A stretch of 64,000 nt of DNA. It comes from an uncultured Verrucomicrobiae bacterium (GTDB taxonomy: Bacteria > Verrucomicrobiota > Verrucomicrobiia > Opitutales > JABDGR01). Under the pieces are notes generated by a model. That model made no database searches, was not told the origin of the DNA, and saw only the letters and a list, made by a program, of their open reading frames with translations. The position numbers were made by a program, and so were the translations under genes. Positions 21,476 to 32,267 of the stretch are shown here, piece by piece (position 1 is the first letter of the stretch; every line of letters starts with the position of its first letter). The stretch covers positions 198,038-262,037 of the forward strand of contig CAVXVB010000002.1 of the NCBI GenBank assembly GCA_963765205.1, written 5' to 3'.

Positions 21476-24142
21476 TCACTGAGTGGCCAAGGCCGGCGGC
21501 GGGGGCGCGGCCTGGCTCACCGTGTGCATTTGCCGGGGGGCCTCGATGGCTTGTTTGACGTTCAATATTGAATCATGCGAGCCGGTAAACATATCCGAGG
21601 GAAATTTGTAATGGTCGAGGATGCGGCGGAGGATGCCAGGGCCGTCGTAGGTGTTGTAGGCCAGGCCGGCGATGTATTGGAGGCGCAGGTTGCGGTCTTC
21701 ATTGATTTGCGCGCCCGCGAGCCAGTCGCCCAAATCCACCGCGCGGCCGGCATAGGTGCCGAGCAAATCCAGCAAGCTGGGGAAGCCCGCTTCGGCGAGC
21801 GATTGCTTCACCGCCGCATAAGGCGCGCTGTCCAGCCGGGCCTGTAGTTCGTCCACGTTGATTTTGGTCGGCTCGACCTGGGCGAAGAGGACGGCGTCGT
21901 AGCCGTCGCCGGTCACGTCATTGCTCCAGAGAACGCCGTTGGGAAAGACTTTGAAAAACGTGCCGAGGACGCTTTTGGCGGAGGTGTCGTTGCTCTCGTA
22001 AAACGGAATCCACAGGCTCATCACGCCGCCGGGGTTGAGATGCTCCTTGCACATGGTGTAATACTCGACGGTGTTGAGCGCCGCGCAGCCCTTGACCCAC
22101 GGGTCAATCGGGTCCGAGGTGATGACGTCAAATTTCTCTTTGGTGGTGCGGATGAAGTGGCGGCCGTCGTCGTAAACGACCGTGACGGTTTTGTCGCCCA
22201 CCGGCGTGTGGACGATGCGCGGGTTCACGTTCTTGACATTGTCGGCGATGCCGTAGTTTTCCTTGGTGAACATGGGCGTGACGTATTTGGGCACCAGCGG
22301 TTCGATGTCGCAAATCGTGATATTCTTCACGCTTGGGTGCAGCAGGAACGTCCCCGCCGTCACGCCGGCGCCGCAGGCCACCACCAGCACGTTTTCCGGC
22401 GGTTTGACGGTCGTCAGGGCGGAAATATGACCCAACATCCGTTGCAGGCGCATGTCGCGGGGCGCGTTTGAGGCCTGCACTTTGCCCGCGGAATGAAAGC
22501 TGCGGACGCCGGCCGTGGTCATGGTCACCGCCACGGTGCCGTTGAGGCCTTCGCCCGTGTAGGTGCAGAAAATGCTCGAAGACCCATCATTCTGCGGCAC
22601 ATCGGCCTCCGGCGTAATGTCCGGCTCCATTTCGCCTTGGTAGGTCGCGACGAAGCGTCCATAGGCCATGGTGCCCCAGTTGGCGGGGCTGACGGTGTAG
22701 CCCAGCAGCGGCGCGGCCACCAGCGTCAGCACCAGTAACACAGCTGCGCCGAGGGCCGGAATCCGGGCCCGTCCTTGTGCGTCCGCCGGCGTCCATGGTT
22801 TAAAGCGCGCGAGCGCCAGGGGTGCGAGGGAGACGAAGGTGGAGAGCGCGGCAAAGCCGATCAGCAGCCGCTGCGAGGTTTGCGTGCCCCACAGTGGCAC
22901 GGCCGCGATGCTAAAGAACAGCGCACCGGCAATCGCGCCGACGGTATTCGCCGCGTAAACGCCGCCGACGAGTCGGCCCGGGTCCTGCCCCGGCGCGGCC
23001 ACGGCCGCCAGCGCCAGCGGAAAACTCGCGCCCCATAGCATCGCCGCGGGCAATATCGTCCACATGGTCATCACCAAATCCAGTTGAAATATATACCAGG
23101 CGCCATCCAGATGTTCGGACGTGGCCTTCAGGCTGCCCGCCAGCGACGGGTCAATCGGCCAGTGCGGTAGCGAATGGGAGATGTTGAACGAGGCCCACGC
23201 CACGCCCGCGATCAGCAGCATCTGGCACACGCCCAGTGCGACGCGTGGGGGCATCCGCGAACGCGCCGCAAACGAACCCAGGCTGCTCCCGATGCCCAGC
23301 CCGAACAGGAACACCGCCAGGATGATGGAAAAGGTGTAAACCGTCCCGCCCAGGATTAAAGACAGTAAGCGCGTCCAAATCACCTCGGCCCCCAGCGCGG
23401 TCAGGCCCGACAGGCCGATGCTCGTGTAAATGGCCCAGCCGCCGGGCGCGGTGGGCGCGCGGCCCTTGGATAATGGTTCGGGCGGGGGTTGCACATTGTC
23501 GCTGGCCAGCGCGAAGGCCAGCAGGGCGACGATGACGTTGATGGCGGCCGCCACGCAGGTCGCCGTCACCATGTCATGCACGCGCAGCAAATAAAAGCCC
23601 GCCAGTAGGCAGCCGAAGACCGCGCCGGCAATGTTCCCGCCGTAGAAAAAGCCCAGCCACGACACACCGGTGGGGGTCGTTTCCACCCAGCGGGCAATGG
23701 CCGGCAGCGTCGCGCCCATCAGCAACGTCGGTGGCACCAGGCACACCGCAGCCACCAGCCCGCGCGCCACGATGTTCCAATAATCATGCCCGGCCGAGTG
23801 GTCGGAGTAAAAGGCCCCGATGGCCGGCACCAGCCACAATTCGAGCAGGCCCATCAGGCCGACGCCCAATTCGAGGCATGCGTAAACGCGTAAGGGGTGC
23901 CGCCCGCGCCGCACCAGCCGCGACAGGGCGAGGCTCCCGAGGCACATGCCGCCCATAAAGCTGCCCAGCAGCAGGCCCAGCGAAATTGTGGTCAGCCCAA
24001 TCACCAGTTGCAGCATCTGATACCAGACGATTTCGTAAATCAGCGCGGCGCACCCGCTGCCGATGAATAAAATCAGCATGAGCGGCAGGTAGCGGCTGGT
24101 GGTGGACGAGGTGGAGGGGTTGGTCGAGGAGGGGGCGGACAT
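21476..24142 (-). CDS. Fused MFS-like membrane domain / spermidine synthase-like methyltransferase
   Basis: SGCAALIYEIVW, LMGATLP, YAANTVGAI membrane repeats; SAM domain VACGAGVT, DIEP, DDGRHF, FDVITSDP. Confidence 0.9.
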   Translation of the reverse strand: MSAPSSTNPSTSSTTSRYLPLMLILFIGSGCAALIYEIVWYQMLQLVIGLTTISLGLLLGSFMGGMCLGSLALSRLVRRGRHPLRVYACLELGVGLMGLLELWLVPAIGAFYSDHSAGHDYWNIVARGLVAAVCLVPPTLLMGATLPAIARWVETTPTGVSWLGFFYGGNIAGAVFGCLLAGFYLLRVHDMVTATCVAAAINVIVALLAFALASDNVQPPPEPLSKGRAPTAPGGWAIYTSIGLSGLTALGAEVIWTRLLSLILGGTVYTFSIILAVFLFGLGIGSSLGSFAARSRMPPRVALGVCQMLLIAGVAWASFNISHSLPHWPIDPSLAGSLKATSEHLDGAWYIFQLDLVMTMWTILPAAMLWGASFPLALAAVAAPGQDPGRLVGGVYAANTVGAIAGALFFSIAAVPLWGTQTSQRLLIGFAALSTFVSLAPLALARFKPWTPADAQGRARIPALGAAVLLVLTLVAAPLLGYTVSPANWGTMAYGRFVATYQGEMEPDITPEADVPQNDGSSSIFCTYTGEGLNGTVAVTMTTAGVRSFHSAGKVQASNAPRDMRLQRMLGHISALTTVKPPENVLVVACGAGVTAGTFLLHPSVKNITICDIEPLVPKYVTPMFTKENYGIADNVKNVNPRIVHTPVGDKTVTVVYDDGRHFIRTTKEKFDVITSDPIDPWVKGCAALNTVEYYTMCKEHLNPGGVMSLWIPFYESNDTSAKSVLGTFFKVFPNGVLWSNDVTGDGYDAVLFAQVEPTKINVDELQARLDSAPYAAVKQSLAEAGFPSLLDLLGTYAGRAVDLGDWLAGAQINEDRNLRLQYIAGLAYNTYDGPGILRRILDHYKFPSDMFTGSHDSILNVKQAIEAPRQMHTVSQAAPPPPALATQ

Positions 24143-24400
24143 GGGGTAGGGCGGCGATTAAGCCGGAAGAGTGGGGTGGGAGCCAAGTAAAAACAACCGG
24201 CGTTGGGGAGATCGGACTGGACTGTTCAAGCTAAGCCCTTGGAGGGAAGCAATTTGGTTAAATAAACAACAGCCTGCTTTCATTCGGAAAGCAGGCCGCT
24301 CGACTTTTAGAAACCAACCCAACGCCAATAAGTCGCGCGGAATGTGGGCGACGGGTCCGTCTTGCAGTCCTCGGATTTATCCATTATCGCTTTGAAATCG

Positions 24401-25789
24401 ATGGCCACGCAAACAATCTTCCCCCCGGTGGCGCACCTTGGCCGTGGAACCCATGAGTTCCCGGTTGCGGTCGATGTCCCCAAGGCCCAGCGGGAGGACA
24501 ACAAGCTAAAGCCAGCGGATCGGATTGCGCACCAATGGTATCGTTTTGTGTTGTCTTTTCCGCCTCATTTGGTTCGGGACTATGCGGCCAAATTTGAACT
24601 CAATAGCCGTCATCGCGTCTTAGACCCTTTTTGTGGAACCGGGACAACCCCGGTCGAGTGCAAAAAACTCGGCATCAAGTCGGTTGGGTTGGAGGCGAAT
24701 CCTGTGGCTTCATTCGCCAGCCGCACCAAGGTCAATTGGCAGGTGGATTCAGCCGGGCTGATGGATCACGCTGAATCCGTAATCTCAGAAACTCAGGAAC
24801 GCCTGAATAATGAAGGTATCGAAGAGATGACCGATTTGCCGCTTTTTATCAACGGAAAGAACCATGTCCATGCTTTGCGGACAATAAGCGAGGAGGGTAA
24901 CAAACTTCTTTTGGAAAATAGCATCAGCCCTTTGCCGCTACACAAGACGCTCGTATTGCTGGAAGTCCTAGCCGAACGCAACGACGCGCGTTTTTGCGAC
25001 CACGAACGACTCGCCTTGGCTTCGGCGTTGGTCAATGACATCAGTAATCTCCATTTTGGCCCGGAGGTAGGGGTCGGCCCGTCCAAAGTCGACGCACCCG
25101 TGCTTTCGCTTTGGTTGGAGAACGTCCGCAATATGGCCGACGACCTTCGCCAGTTGAAAGGGCTAACACCTCGGGAGTCGATCATCCATGAGGCAGACGC
25201 GCGAGACCTAGCTGGCACACTGGCACCCAACTCGATTGACGCCGTTATCACCTCGCCGCCTTACCCCAACGAAAAAGACTATACTCGCACCACCCGCCTT
25301 GAATCGGTGCTTTTGGGCTTCATCCATTCCAAGAAAGATTTGCAGGCCCTTAAACAAAAGCTGGTGCGATCGAATACCCGAGGTGTTTATCAGGCCGATG
25401 ATGACGACCTTTTGGTGTCAGGACACTTGGAAATACAACGAATCTCCGCAGCCATTGAGAGCCGGCGCATCGAGTTGGGCAAAACTTCGGGATTTGAAAG
25501 GCTCTATGCGCGGGTCACCAAGCTCTATTTCGGCGGCATGGCCCGGCACTTGGCGGATTTGCGCAAGGTGCTTCGACCGGGTGCCCAGCTTGCCTACGTC
25601 GTGGGCGATCAAGCTTCTTACCTGCGCGTGATGATCCGAACCGGTCAATTGTTGGCTGACATCGCGGACTCACTCGGCTACGAAGTGATCAGCCTGGACC
25701 TCTTCCGCACCAGGCTGGCGACGGCCACCCGCGAGCAATTGCGCGAAGAAGTGGTCGTTCTCCGCTGGCCCGGCTCCAAAAAATCCTAA
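24401..25789 (+). CDS. Amino-DNA methyltransferase, likely N4-cytosine, motif I before motif IV (alpha order)
   Basis: VLDPFCGTGTT (motif I) followed by VITSPPY (motif IV); HQWYRFVLSFP N-terminal motif. Confidence 0.88.
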   Translation: MATQTIFPPVAHLGRGTHEFPVAVDVPKAQREDNKLKPADRIAHQWYRFVLSFPPHLVRDYAAKFELNSRHRVLDPFCGTGTTPVECKKLGIKSVGLEANPVASFASRTKVNWQVDSAGLMDHAESVISETQERLNNEGIEEMTDLPLFINGKNHVHALRTISEEGNKLLLENSISPLPLHKTLVLLEVLAERNDARFCDHERLALASALVNDISNLHFGPEVGVGPSKVDAPVLSLWLENVRNMADDLRQLKGLTPRESIIHEADARDLAGTLAPNSIDAVITSPPYPNEKDYTRTTRLESVLLGFIHSKKDLQALKQKLVRSNTRGVYQADDDDLLVSGHLEIQRISAAIESRRIELGKTSGFERLYARVTKLYFGGMARHLADLRKVLRPGAQLAYVVGDQASYLRVMIRTGQLLADIADSLGYEVISLDLFRTRLATATREQLREEVVVLRWPGSKKS

Positions 25790-25795
25790 TCCGCC

Positions 25796-26593
25796 ATGAA
25801 GCTCAAGAACCGATACGCCGCCATCATTGAGCGCATTTTCACCTCCAAATTTAAGGTGGGTCTGCGGGAGGTGGACTTTGCCCGTGAGGAAATTGAGACT
25901 GTGGCGCGCCATCTTCGCATCAAGCTACCCAAGAACCTTGGCGACCTGGTTTACAGCTTTCGCTATCGCGCAAACTTGCCAGAATCCATCCAGAAGGCGG
26001 CCGGCGCAGGCGAAGCATGGATTATTCGGCCCATCGGCAAGGCGCGGTATCGTTTTGTCCTGGCTCCCGATCGTCCCATCCGGCCTAATGCCAATTTGGC
26101 CGTTACCAAGGTTCCCGATGCCACGCCCGGCATTGTTGCCAAATATGCTTTCAACGACGAGCAAGCCTTGTTGGCAAAGTTGCGCTACAACCGCTTGGTG
26201 GACATATTCACTGGAGTAACCTGCTACTCGCTCCAGAACCATTTGCGCACCATGGTGCCGAGCATTGGCCAAGTCGAGACGGATGAGCTTTACGTTGGGC
26301 TGGATAAAAAAGGCGCGCACTACATTTTCCCCATCCAAGCCAAGGGCGGCTCCGACAAACTCAACGTGGTTCAAATGGAGCAAGACTTTGCCGTTTGCGC
26401 GCACAAGTTCCCCCTCCTGATTTGCCGCCCCATTGGCGCGCAGTTTATGGATGATGGCAGTATCGCTCTTTTTGAATTTGAGCAGGCCAGTGGGTCGGTC
26501 GTCATCAGTGCGGAAAAACATTACAAGTTGGTTCCTCCCGAAGAAGTTTCGGAAGCTGATTTAACCAGCTACCGGCAACGGACAACCGAATAA
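25796..26593 (+). CDS. Putative restriction endonuclease (PD-(D/E)xK-like)
   Basis: Starts immediately after the methyltransferase; E-T-D-E..Q-A-K arrangement resembles a PD-(D/E)xK core. Confidence 0.65.
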   Translation: MKLKNRYAAIIERIFTSKFKVGLREVDFAREEIETVARHLRIKLPKNLGDLVYSFRYRANLPESIQKAAGAGEAWIIRPIGKARYRFVLAPDRPIRPNANLAVTKVPDATPGIVAKYAFNDEQALLAKLRYNRLVDIFTGVTCYSLQNHLRTMVPSIGQVETDELYVGLDKKGAHYIFPIQAKGGSDKLNVVQMEQDFAVCAHKFPLLICRPIGAQFMDDGSIALFEFEQASGSVVISAEKHYKLVPPEEVSEADLTSYRQRTTE

Positions 26594-26608
26594 TCGAGTG
26601 AGTTTGAT

Positions 26609-27866
26609 TTAGGCGCCCATCAGCGCCACCCAGGCCAGCAGGCCGGCCAGGGCGGCGAGCGTCACTGGCACGCCCAGGCGGGCGAAGTCGCGGAAGGAAA
26701 TGTTGATCCCCAGGTCGCGCGCTTGCTGGACGACGATGATGTTGGCCACGCTGCCAAGGATGATGAGGCTGCCGCCAAAGCTGTTGGCGAGGGCCAGCAC
26801 ATAGGCCGTGGTCGGATGGGTCACGTCAACCACCTTCACTAGCAGCAACACCGCCGCGGAGTTGTTAATCAGGTTGGACAGCACGGCTGTGACCAGGGCC
26901 AGCATCGTTGGCGAATGGAGATTCAATCCGGCCTGGGCCAGCCACTGCACGGCTTGTTCGCCGTAGCCGGTGGCTTGGAATGCGCCGGTCACCACAAACA
27001 AGCCCATGAACAAGACCAGAATAGACCAGTCCACTTCCTTCAGCAAATCCTCGGTGCGGAATTTTGGACTGGCGAGGTGAATCCCCGCCGCGGTCAGCGC
27101 AATGATTTCCTTGGGGATGGTGGAGAAAAAGAACGCGATAACCAAGGCGAGAATGACCAAGCCTTTGATGGTGTGCACGCGGTTGAACGGTTGGGGCGGA
27201 TCTTGCACGCTGGGTGGAACCGGCGTGGTGGACGCGAGGTGGTGGCGCGACATTACCCATATGATCGCGTAGGCGCAACCAAGGGCAAAGAGTACCCGGG
27301 GTGATGCACCAGAACAAGTAACGTCCGAAACCCAGCCCGGCAACTTGGGCGATCATCATGTCCTGCGGATTGCCGACCAGAGTGGCCGCTGCGCCGATGT
27401 TGCTGGCAATCGCCAGCGCGATCAGAAAAGGAACCGGGTTGAGCTGCCGGCGCACCAAGGCGGTCGCCACGACCGGCGCGAAGACAAAGCAGACAATGTC
27501 GTGATTGAGAATGGCTGACAGGCCCGCCGTTACCAGCATCAGGGTGAACAAAAACTGCTGGGGTTTATCAAGCCGGGATGAAATGCCACCAGCCACCTTG
27601 TCGAAAAAACCCGACAGGCGCAATTGCGCGGAAAGGACAAAAAAGCCAAACAACAGCAGGATGGTGGGCCAATTGATGAAACCAACCACGGTGGTGGTGG
27701 GCACGCCGGAGAAGACCATGACCGCAATCGCGCCGAGCAAGGCGATGCCGGTGCGGTTCAGTTTCAAGCCCGGCACCCGGCCCAGCGCGATGCCAAGGTA
27801 GGTTAGCGCGAAAATCGCCAACACCGTCGGCGCATGGGGATGAGAGGCGAGGGCGGGATAGCTCAT
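26609..27866 (-). CDS. SLC13/ArsB/NhaD-type anion permease, +1 frameshift near 27297
   Basis: LNRTGIALLGA, INWPTILLLFG, ASNIGAAATLVGNPQ in one frame; VDWSILVLFMGLFVV, LSNLINN, GSVANIIV in the next. Junction ACC CCG G[G]TA CTC. Confidence 0.85.
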
Positions 27867-27889
27867 GTCGAGACATCCTACCTTAATGC

Positions 27890-28252
27890 CTACGCCGCTT
27901 CCAACCACTTTCGCGCTGCAGCGGCGTCAGCATGATCGAAGTATCGGCTGGTTGCCTTCGTGAATGGCTTGAAGAAGATGGCCATGCCGTGCTGCCATTG
28001 CTTGTCTCCCACCATCGCCAGTCGTTCAATGTCGGCAAAGTGCTTGAGGTCGAACTTGAGGTCTTCCCAGGCCGCGCCAGCATCCCAGCCGTAGAAGCCG
28101 GTCATGTCAAAGAGCACGCGCAGTTTTCCGTGTAATCGGAGCAGGCGCTCGAACTCAGGCACAAAGTGGGCGTAATCCGCCTTGACCACCTTCCCGGTGA
28201 CCTGGATGACGAGAATCTTTCCGCCACTTTCTTCGCTGAGTTGAATGGGCAT
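27890..28252 (-). CDS. SpoIIAA-like (STAS/SEC14) domain protein
   Basis: GKLRVLFDMTGFYGWDAGAAWEDLKF..IERLAMVGDKQWQ..ARKWL. Confidence 0.88.
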   Translation of the reverse strand: MPIQLSEESGGKILVIQVTGKVVKADYAHFVPEFERLLRLHGKLRVLFDMTGFYGWDAGAAWEDLKFDLKHFADIERLAMVGDKQWQHGMAIFFKPFTKATSRYFDHADAAAARKWLEAA

Positions 28253-28386
28253 GACAAGCTCCTTGGGGCTGGGTTAAGTAGTTGTTTAGCCTTCGACACT
28301 TGCCTCCGCCCGCCTAGGTTAGTTTAGTTCAATCGCGGCATTTTTTCAAGCGATTTTCCGCGGGGGGCAAGTTCCATCGGTCACAG

Positions 28387-28453
28387 CTAGGTGAGCGCAA
28401 ATATCGCCAACACCGTCGGCGCGTTGGGGAGGGGGCAGAGTGGGATCGCTCAT
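28387..28453 (-). pseudogene. Degenerate duplicate of the first ~20 codons of the permease gene
   Basis: GCGCCGACGGTGTTGGCGATATTTGCGCTCACCTAG versus permease GCGCCGACGGTGTTGGCGATTTTCGCGCTAACCTAC; both start ATGAGCnATCCC. Confidence 0.75.
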
Positions 28454-28472
28454 GGCGGGTCGGGGGACTACG

Positions 28473-29342
28473 TCATTTTAACAGAAGCTTGCGGATGGAC
28501 TGCAATTCTTTCCGGTGGCCCGGGTCCGGCTTGGGGTAGCGCATTTTCAGTTCGCCGAGTGCGTCAACGATGACTTGGGAAACGATCAGGCGCGCATTCT
28601 CCTTGTCGTCCGCTGGAACAATGTGCCACGGGGCCGTTTCAGTGCTCGTCGCCGCCAGGCAGGCTTCGTAGGCGCGCTGGTAATCCTGCCACTTCTCCCG
28701 CTCCGCGAAATCGGACCGGCTGAATTTCCAGTTCTTGTCCGGGTCGTCCAGCCGCGCAAGGAAGCGTCGGCGTTGTTCCGCTTTGGACAAATGCAGAAAG
28801 AACTTCAAAATCCGGGTGCCGTTGCGGTGCAGGTGTTTTTCCAGGTGGTTAATCGAGCGAAAGCGATGCGGCCAAAATTTTGCGTCGTCGAGGTCCTCGG
28901 CGGGCAAACCCTGCCGGCGTAGAATTTCCGGATGCACCCGCACAATCAAGACCTCCTCGTAATAGGAGCGGTTGAAAATGCCAATGCGCCCGCGCTCCGG
29001 CAGGCAACGGGTCGTGCGCCAGAGAAAATCATGCTCCAGTTCCTGCGCGCTGGGCTGCTTGAAGCTGAAAACCTCGCAACCCTGGGGATTGACGCCGGAC
29101 ATCACATGCTTGATGGCGCCGTCCTTGCCCGCCGCGTCCATGGCCTGAAAAATGAGCAGCAACGCATGTTGATTTTGCGCGTAGAGCAGGTTTTGCAGCG
29201 CGCTCAGCCGGGCGATGTGATCGGCAAGGATTTTCTTGTAATCCTGCTTCGACCGGTAGCACGGCGGCACGCGCGTGGGCCAATCCTTGAGCCGCACCTC
29301 GTCGCCTGCCCGCACACGGAACCGCTTGATTTTGATTTTCAT
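28473..29342 (-). CDS. ppk2: Polyphosphate kinase 2 family protein
   Basis: [42 protein letters not shown]. Confidence 0.93.
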   Translation of the reverse strand: MKIKIKRFRVRAGDEVRLKDWPTRVPPCYRSKQDYKKILADHIARLSALQNLLYAQNQHALLLIFQAMDAAGKDGAIKHVMSGVNPQGCEVFSFKQPSAQELEHDFLWRTTRCLPERGRIGIFNRSYYEEVLIVRVHPEILRRQGLPAEDLDDAKFWPHRFRSINHLEKHLHRNGTRILKFFLHLSKAEQRRRFLARLDDPDKNWKFSRSDFAEREKWQDYQRAYEACLAATSTETAPWHIVPADDKENARLIVSQVIVDALGELKMRYPKPDPGHRKELQSIRKLLLK

Positions 29343-29373
29343 ATAAATTCCTTCCGCGACCGTGCGCGGTGGT

Positions 29374-31932
29374 TTAGGGGGTGGGCTTGTCTTTCCGAAT
29401 CTCCCGCTCTGCCTGCGCCCAGTCTTCTCCCGCATGGCCGTCGCGATGGCCTTCCTGCTCGTAGAGCGCATAGGCGCGCCGGGCGATCTGCGGGGTCAAA
29501 TCGGCCGGGGTTTTCGTTCTGACGGAACCAAAAAACCGATACGCGAGTATTTTCACCCGGTCGTTGAACAAGAACATGGACAGGGAGAGGCCCCACACCA
29601 TGAGCGCCCACGTCCAGCCGATGGGTGGCATGAATAGCCCATACACCGCGATGAACGTGGCGATGAGTTGCGTGCTGATGACGGCGACGAACAGTATCGT
29701 CGCCGGGCGGTGGGACCAGAACGGGCCGCGCGTGCGGGTTTGGAAAATTTTGAAATGTCCCGACACGGACAATTTCAGGTAAATCAGCGTTTGGATGAGG
29801 GGGCGGGCCACATGATAAACGCGTTCCGCGACATAAAACAGGCCAAACGAATCAATTACCCCGACCACCCCCACGACCGAGGCAATCCCCAACACCATTC
29901 GCATGTTCCAGGCTTCGGGCTGCTTCGAATATTGCACATTGTCATAGGCGATGGACAGGATGGCGCCGTCGTTGAGCAAGGCCAGCATCACGATCATCAC
30001 CGCGGTCAAGGGATAAAAGTTAAAAATCAGGATGGACAACGTCATGAACAACAGCACGCCCAGCGTTTCCGCGATGCGGTAGATCGCGTAGCTGTTCATC
30101 CGCTGGAAAATTTTCCGGCTCTCCTTGATGGCGTCAATGATCACCGATAGGCCGGGTTGCAGCAGGACGATGGCCGCCGCCGCGCGCGCGGCGTCCGTCG
30201 CGCCCGACACCGCGATGCCGCAGTCGGCCTTTTTCAAGGCCGGGGCGTCGTTCACGCCATCGCCCGTCATGCCGACGATGTGGCCGTGTTTTTGCAGGAC
30301 ATCCACAATGTGAAATTTGTGTTCCGGGAATACCTCGGCGAAACCGTCCGCGTGCTCGATGGACTCGGTCACTTGCGCCGATTCCTGTTTTTTGGAGTCA
30401 CCCAGGCCGCTGGCATCGAGAATGTTGGTGCCCATCCCCAAATTCCGGGCGGTTTCCCGGGCAATGGCCAGGGCATCGCCCGTCACCATCGTGAATTTCA
30501 CACCCATCTGCCGGGCGGCTTCGATGGTGGACTTGGCATCGTCCCGCGGCGGGTCCGACAGCGGCAAAACGCCCCAAAGCTGCCAGGGGCCATTGGCTTC
30601 CGCGCGGGCCACGCCCAATGAACGAAAACCGCGGGCTGCGAATTCGTTGACGGCGCCCTCCACGGTGGTCTTTACCTGGCTGGCATTGGCTACGAGCGCC
30701 ATAATTACCTGCGGAGCGCCCTTCGACACCTTGAATTCTTTTCCATCCGGGCCTTTGATGGTGGCCTCGGTGCGTTTATGCACGGGGTCGAAGGGCTGGA
30801 AATGGAGCACTTGATAGCCCTTCAATTCATCCTTATTCTTCAGGCCCTCCAGCACGGCCAGGTCAATGGTATCGTTGTTGTCCGCGCGCGAGGCCAGCGC
30901 GGCCGCCAGAATCACTTGCGCGGTGGGGATCTGATTGACGCTGAACGGTTCGCCCAAGCGCAATTTGTTTTGGGTGAGGGTGCCGGTTTTGTCCGCGCAC
31001 AACACATCCATGCCCGCCAATTCCTCGATGGCGACCAAGCGGGTCACGATGGCTTCTTTTTTCGCCAACAGTCGCGCACCGACTGCCATGGTAACGGATA
31101 ACACCGTCGGCATCGCCACGGGAATCGCGGCCACAGTCAGCACCAGGGCAAACTGCAAGGTGGTGAGGATCGGGTCGCCGCGGATGGTGGCAACGGTAAT
31201 AATCAGCACCACCAAGATCACCGCCAAAACGATCAAGTAATTGCCGATCTTCAAAACGGCTTTTTGAAAATGGCTCACCGTGTGGGCGTCCTGCACCAAT
31301 TGCGCCGTCTTGCCGAAATAGGTGTTCGCGCCGGTGGCATAGACCAGCGCGCCGATTTCGCCCTGGCGAAGGATCGAGCCGGAAAACACGGCATCGCCGG
31401 ATTTGCGTTCGGCGGGCAACGATTCCCCCGTCAGCGCGGACTGATCCACCTCGACGGGGTCGCCGTCCAGCAAGCGCGCGTCCGCCGGCACAATATCGCC
31501 GAGGCGCAGGCGGATGACGTTGCCCGGCACCAGCTCCCGCGCCGCCGGGTTGCTCCACTGGCCATCGCGCTTGACCCGGGTCTTGATTGCCAGCTTGGCC
31601 TTGAGGGCCGCGATGGCATTGCCGGCCTCGCGCTCCTCCCAGAATCCGACCCCGGCGTTAGTGATCAGCAACAGGAGAATAATAAAAAAGTCCGGCCAGT
31701 GGCGCACTACGCCTGAGAGAACCACGGCCACTTCAATCATCCACGGAATCGGCCCCCAAAAATAACCGAGGAGTTTAAGCAACAGATTGGCCTTCTTTTC
31801 TGCAAGTTCGTTCGGGCCGTAGTGGGCCAGCCGTTTCTGTGCCTCCGCCTGGGTGAGGCCCTCCGGCGACGATTGCAGTCTTTTTTCCACTTCCGGCAAC
31901 GGCAGCCTTTTCAAATCGTCCGGCGCATTCAT
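29374..31932 (-). CDS. Plasma-membrane-type proton-efflux P-type ATPase (P3A) with DUF2934-like C-terminal tail
   Basis: [59 protein letters not shown]; tail [20 protein letters not shown]. Confidence 0.92.
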   Translation of the reverse strand: MNAPDDLKRLPLPEVEKRLQSSPEGLTQAEAQKRLAHYGPNELAEKKANLLLKLLGYFWGPIPWMIEVAVVLSGVVRHWPDFFIILLLLITNAGVGFWEEREAGNAIAALKAKLAIKTRVKRDGQWSNPAARELVPGNVIRLRLGDIVPADARLLDGDPVEVDQSALTGESLPAERKSGDAVFSGSILRQGEIGALVYATGANTYFGKTAQLVQDAHTVSHFQKAVLKIGNYLIVLAVILVVLIITVATIRGDPILTTLQFALVLTVAAIPVAMPTVLSVTMAVGARLLAKKEAIVTRLVAIEELAGMDVLCADKTGTLTQNKLRLGEPFSVNQIPTAQVILAAALASRADNNDTIDLAVLEGLKNKDELKGYQVLHFQPFDPVHKRTEATIKGPDGKEFKVSKGAPQVIMALVANASQVKTTVEGAVNEFAARGFRSLGVARAEANGPWQLWGVLPLSDPPRDDAKSTIEAARQMGVKFTMVTGDALAIARETARNLGMGTNILDASGLGDSKKQESAQVTESIEHADGFAEVFPEHKFHIVDVLQKHGHIVGMTGDGVNDAPALKKADCGIAVSGATDAARAAAAIVLLQPGLSVIIDAIKESRKIFQRMNSYAIYRIAETLGVLLFMTLSILIFNFYPLTAVMIVMLALLNDGAILSIAYDNVQYSKQPEAWNMRMVLGIASVVGVVGVIDSFGLFYVAERVYHVARPLIQTLIYLKLSVSGHFKIFQTRTRGPFWSHRPATILFVAVISTQLIATFIAVYGLFMPPIGWTWALMVWGLSLSMFLFNDRVKILAYRFFGSVRTKTPADLTPQIARRAYALYEQEGHRDGHAGEDWAQAEREIRKDKPTP

Positions 31933-31971
31933 GGAGAATGATTCCTTGGTGGAGAGAGTCCGCGGCCCCAC

Positions 31972-32208
31972 CTATTTCACCACCAGGTCGGGAGGCTGCG
32001 CGGGTGGTGGGCGGCCCGGTTGCAACACCAACTCAACGGTTAGCACATAGATGGTCATGGCCGCAAATATGAAAATCGCGGCGATCCAGAAACGCCAGTC
32101 ATGGTGCGCCCGCTTCCAATAAGGAGGGTGCGCCTGATGCACCCCTGCGGGGTTCGGGCCGCCGTGGGCGTGGTCATTGGATGGATGATCATTCATGTTT
32201 TTTGCCAT
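31972..32208 (-). CDS. Small membrane protein
   Basis: His-rich N-terminus, PYWKRAHHDWRFW plus a TM helix; co-oriented within the cluster. Confidence 0.6.
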   Translation of the reverse strand: MAKNMNDHPSNDHAHGGPNPAGVHQAHPPYWKRAHHDWRFWIAAIFIFAAMTIYVLTVELVLQPGRPPPAQPPDLVVK

Positions 32209-32267
32209 CTTAGTCGCGATCCGTTTGATTTCGGATTTGCTTTATTACGGCCCGGCACCTCGTCGTC

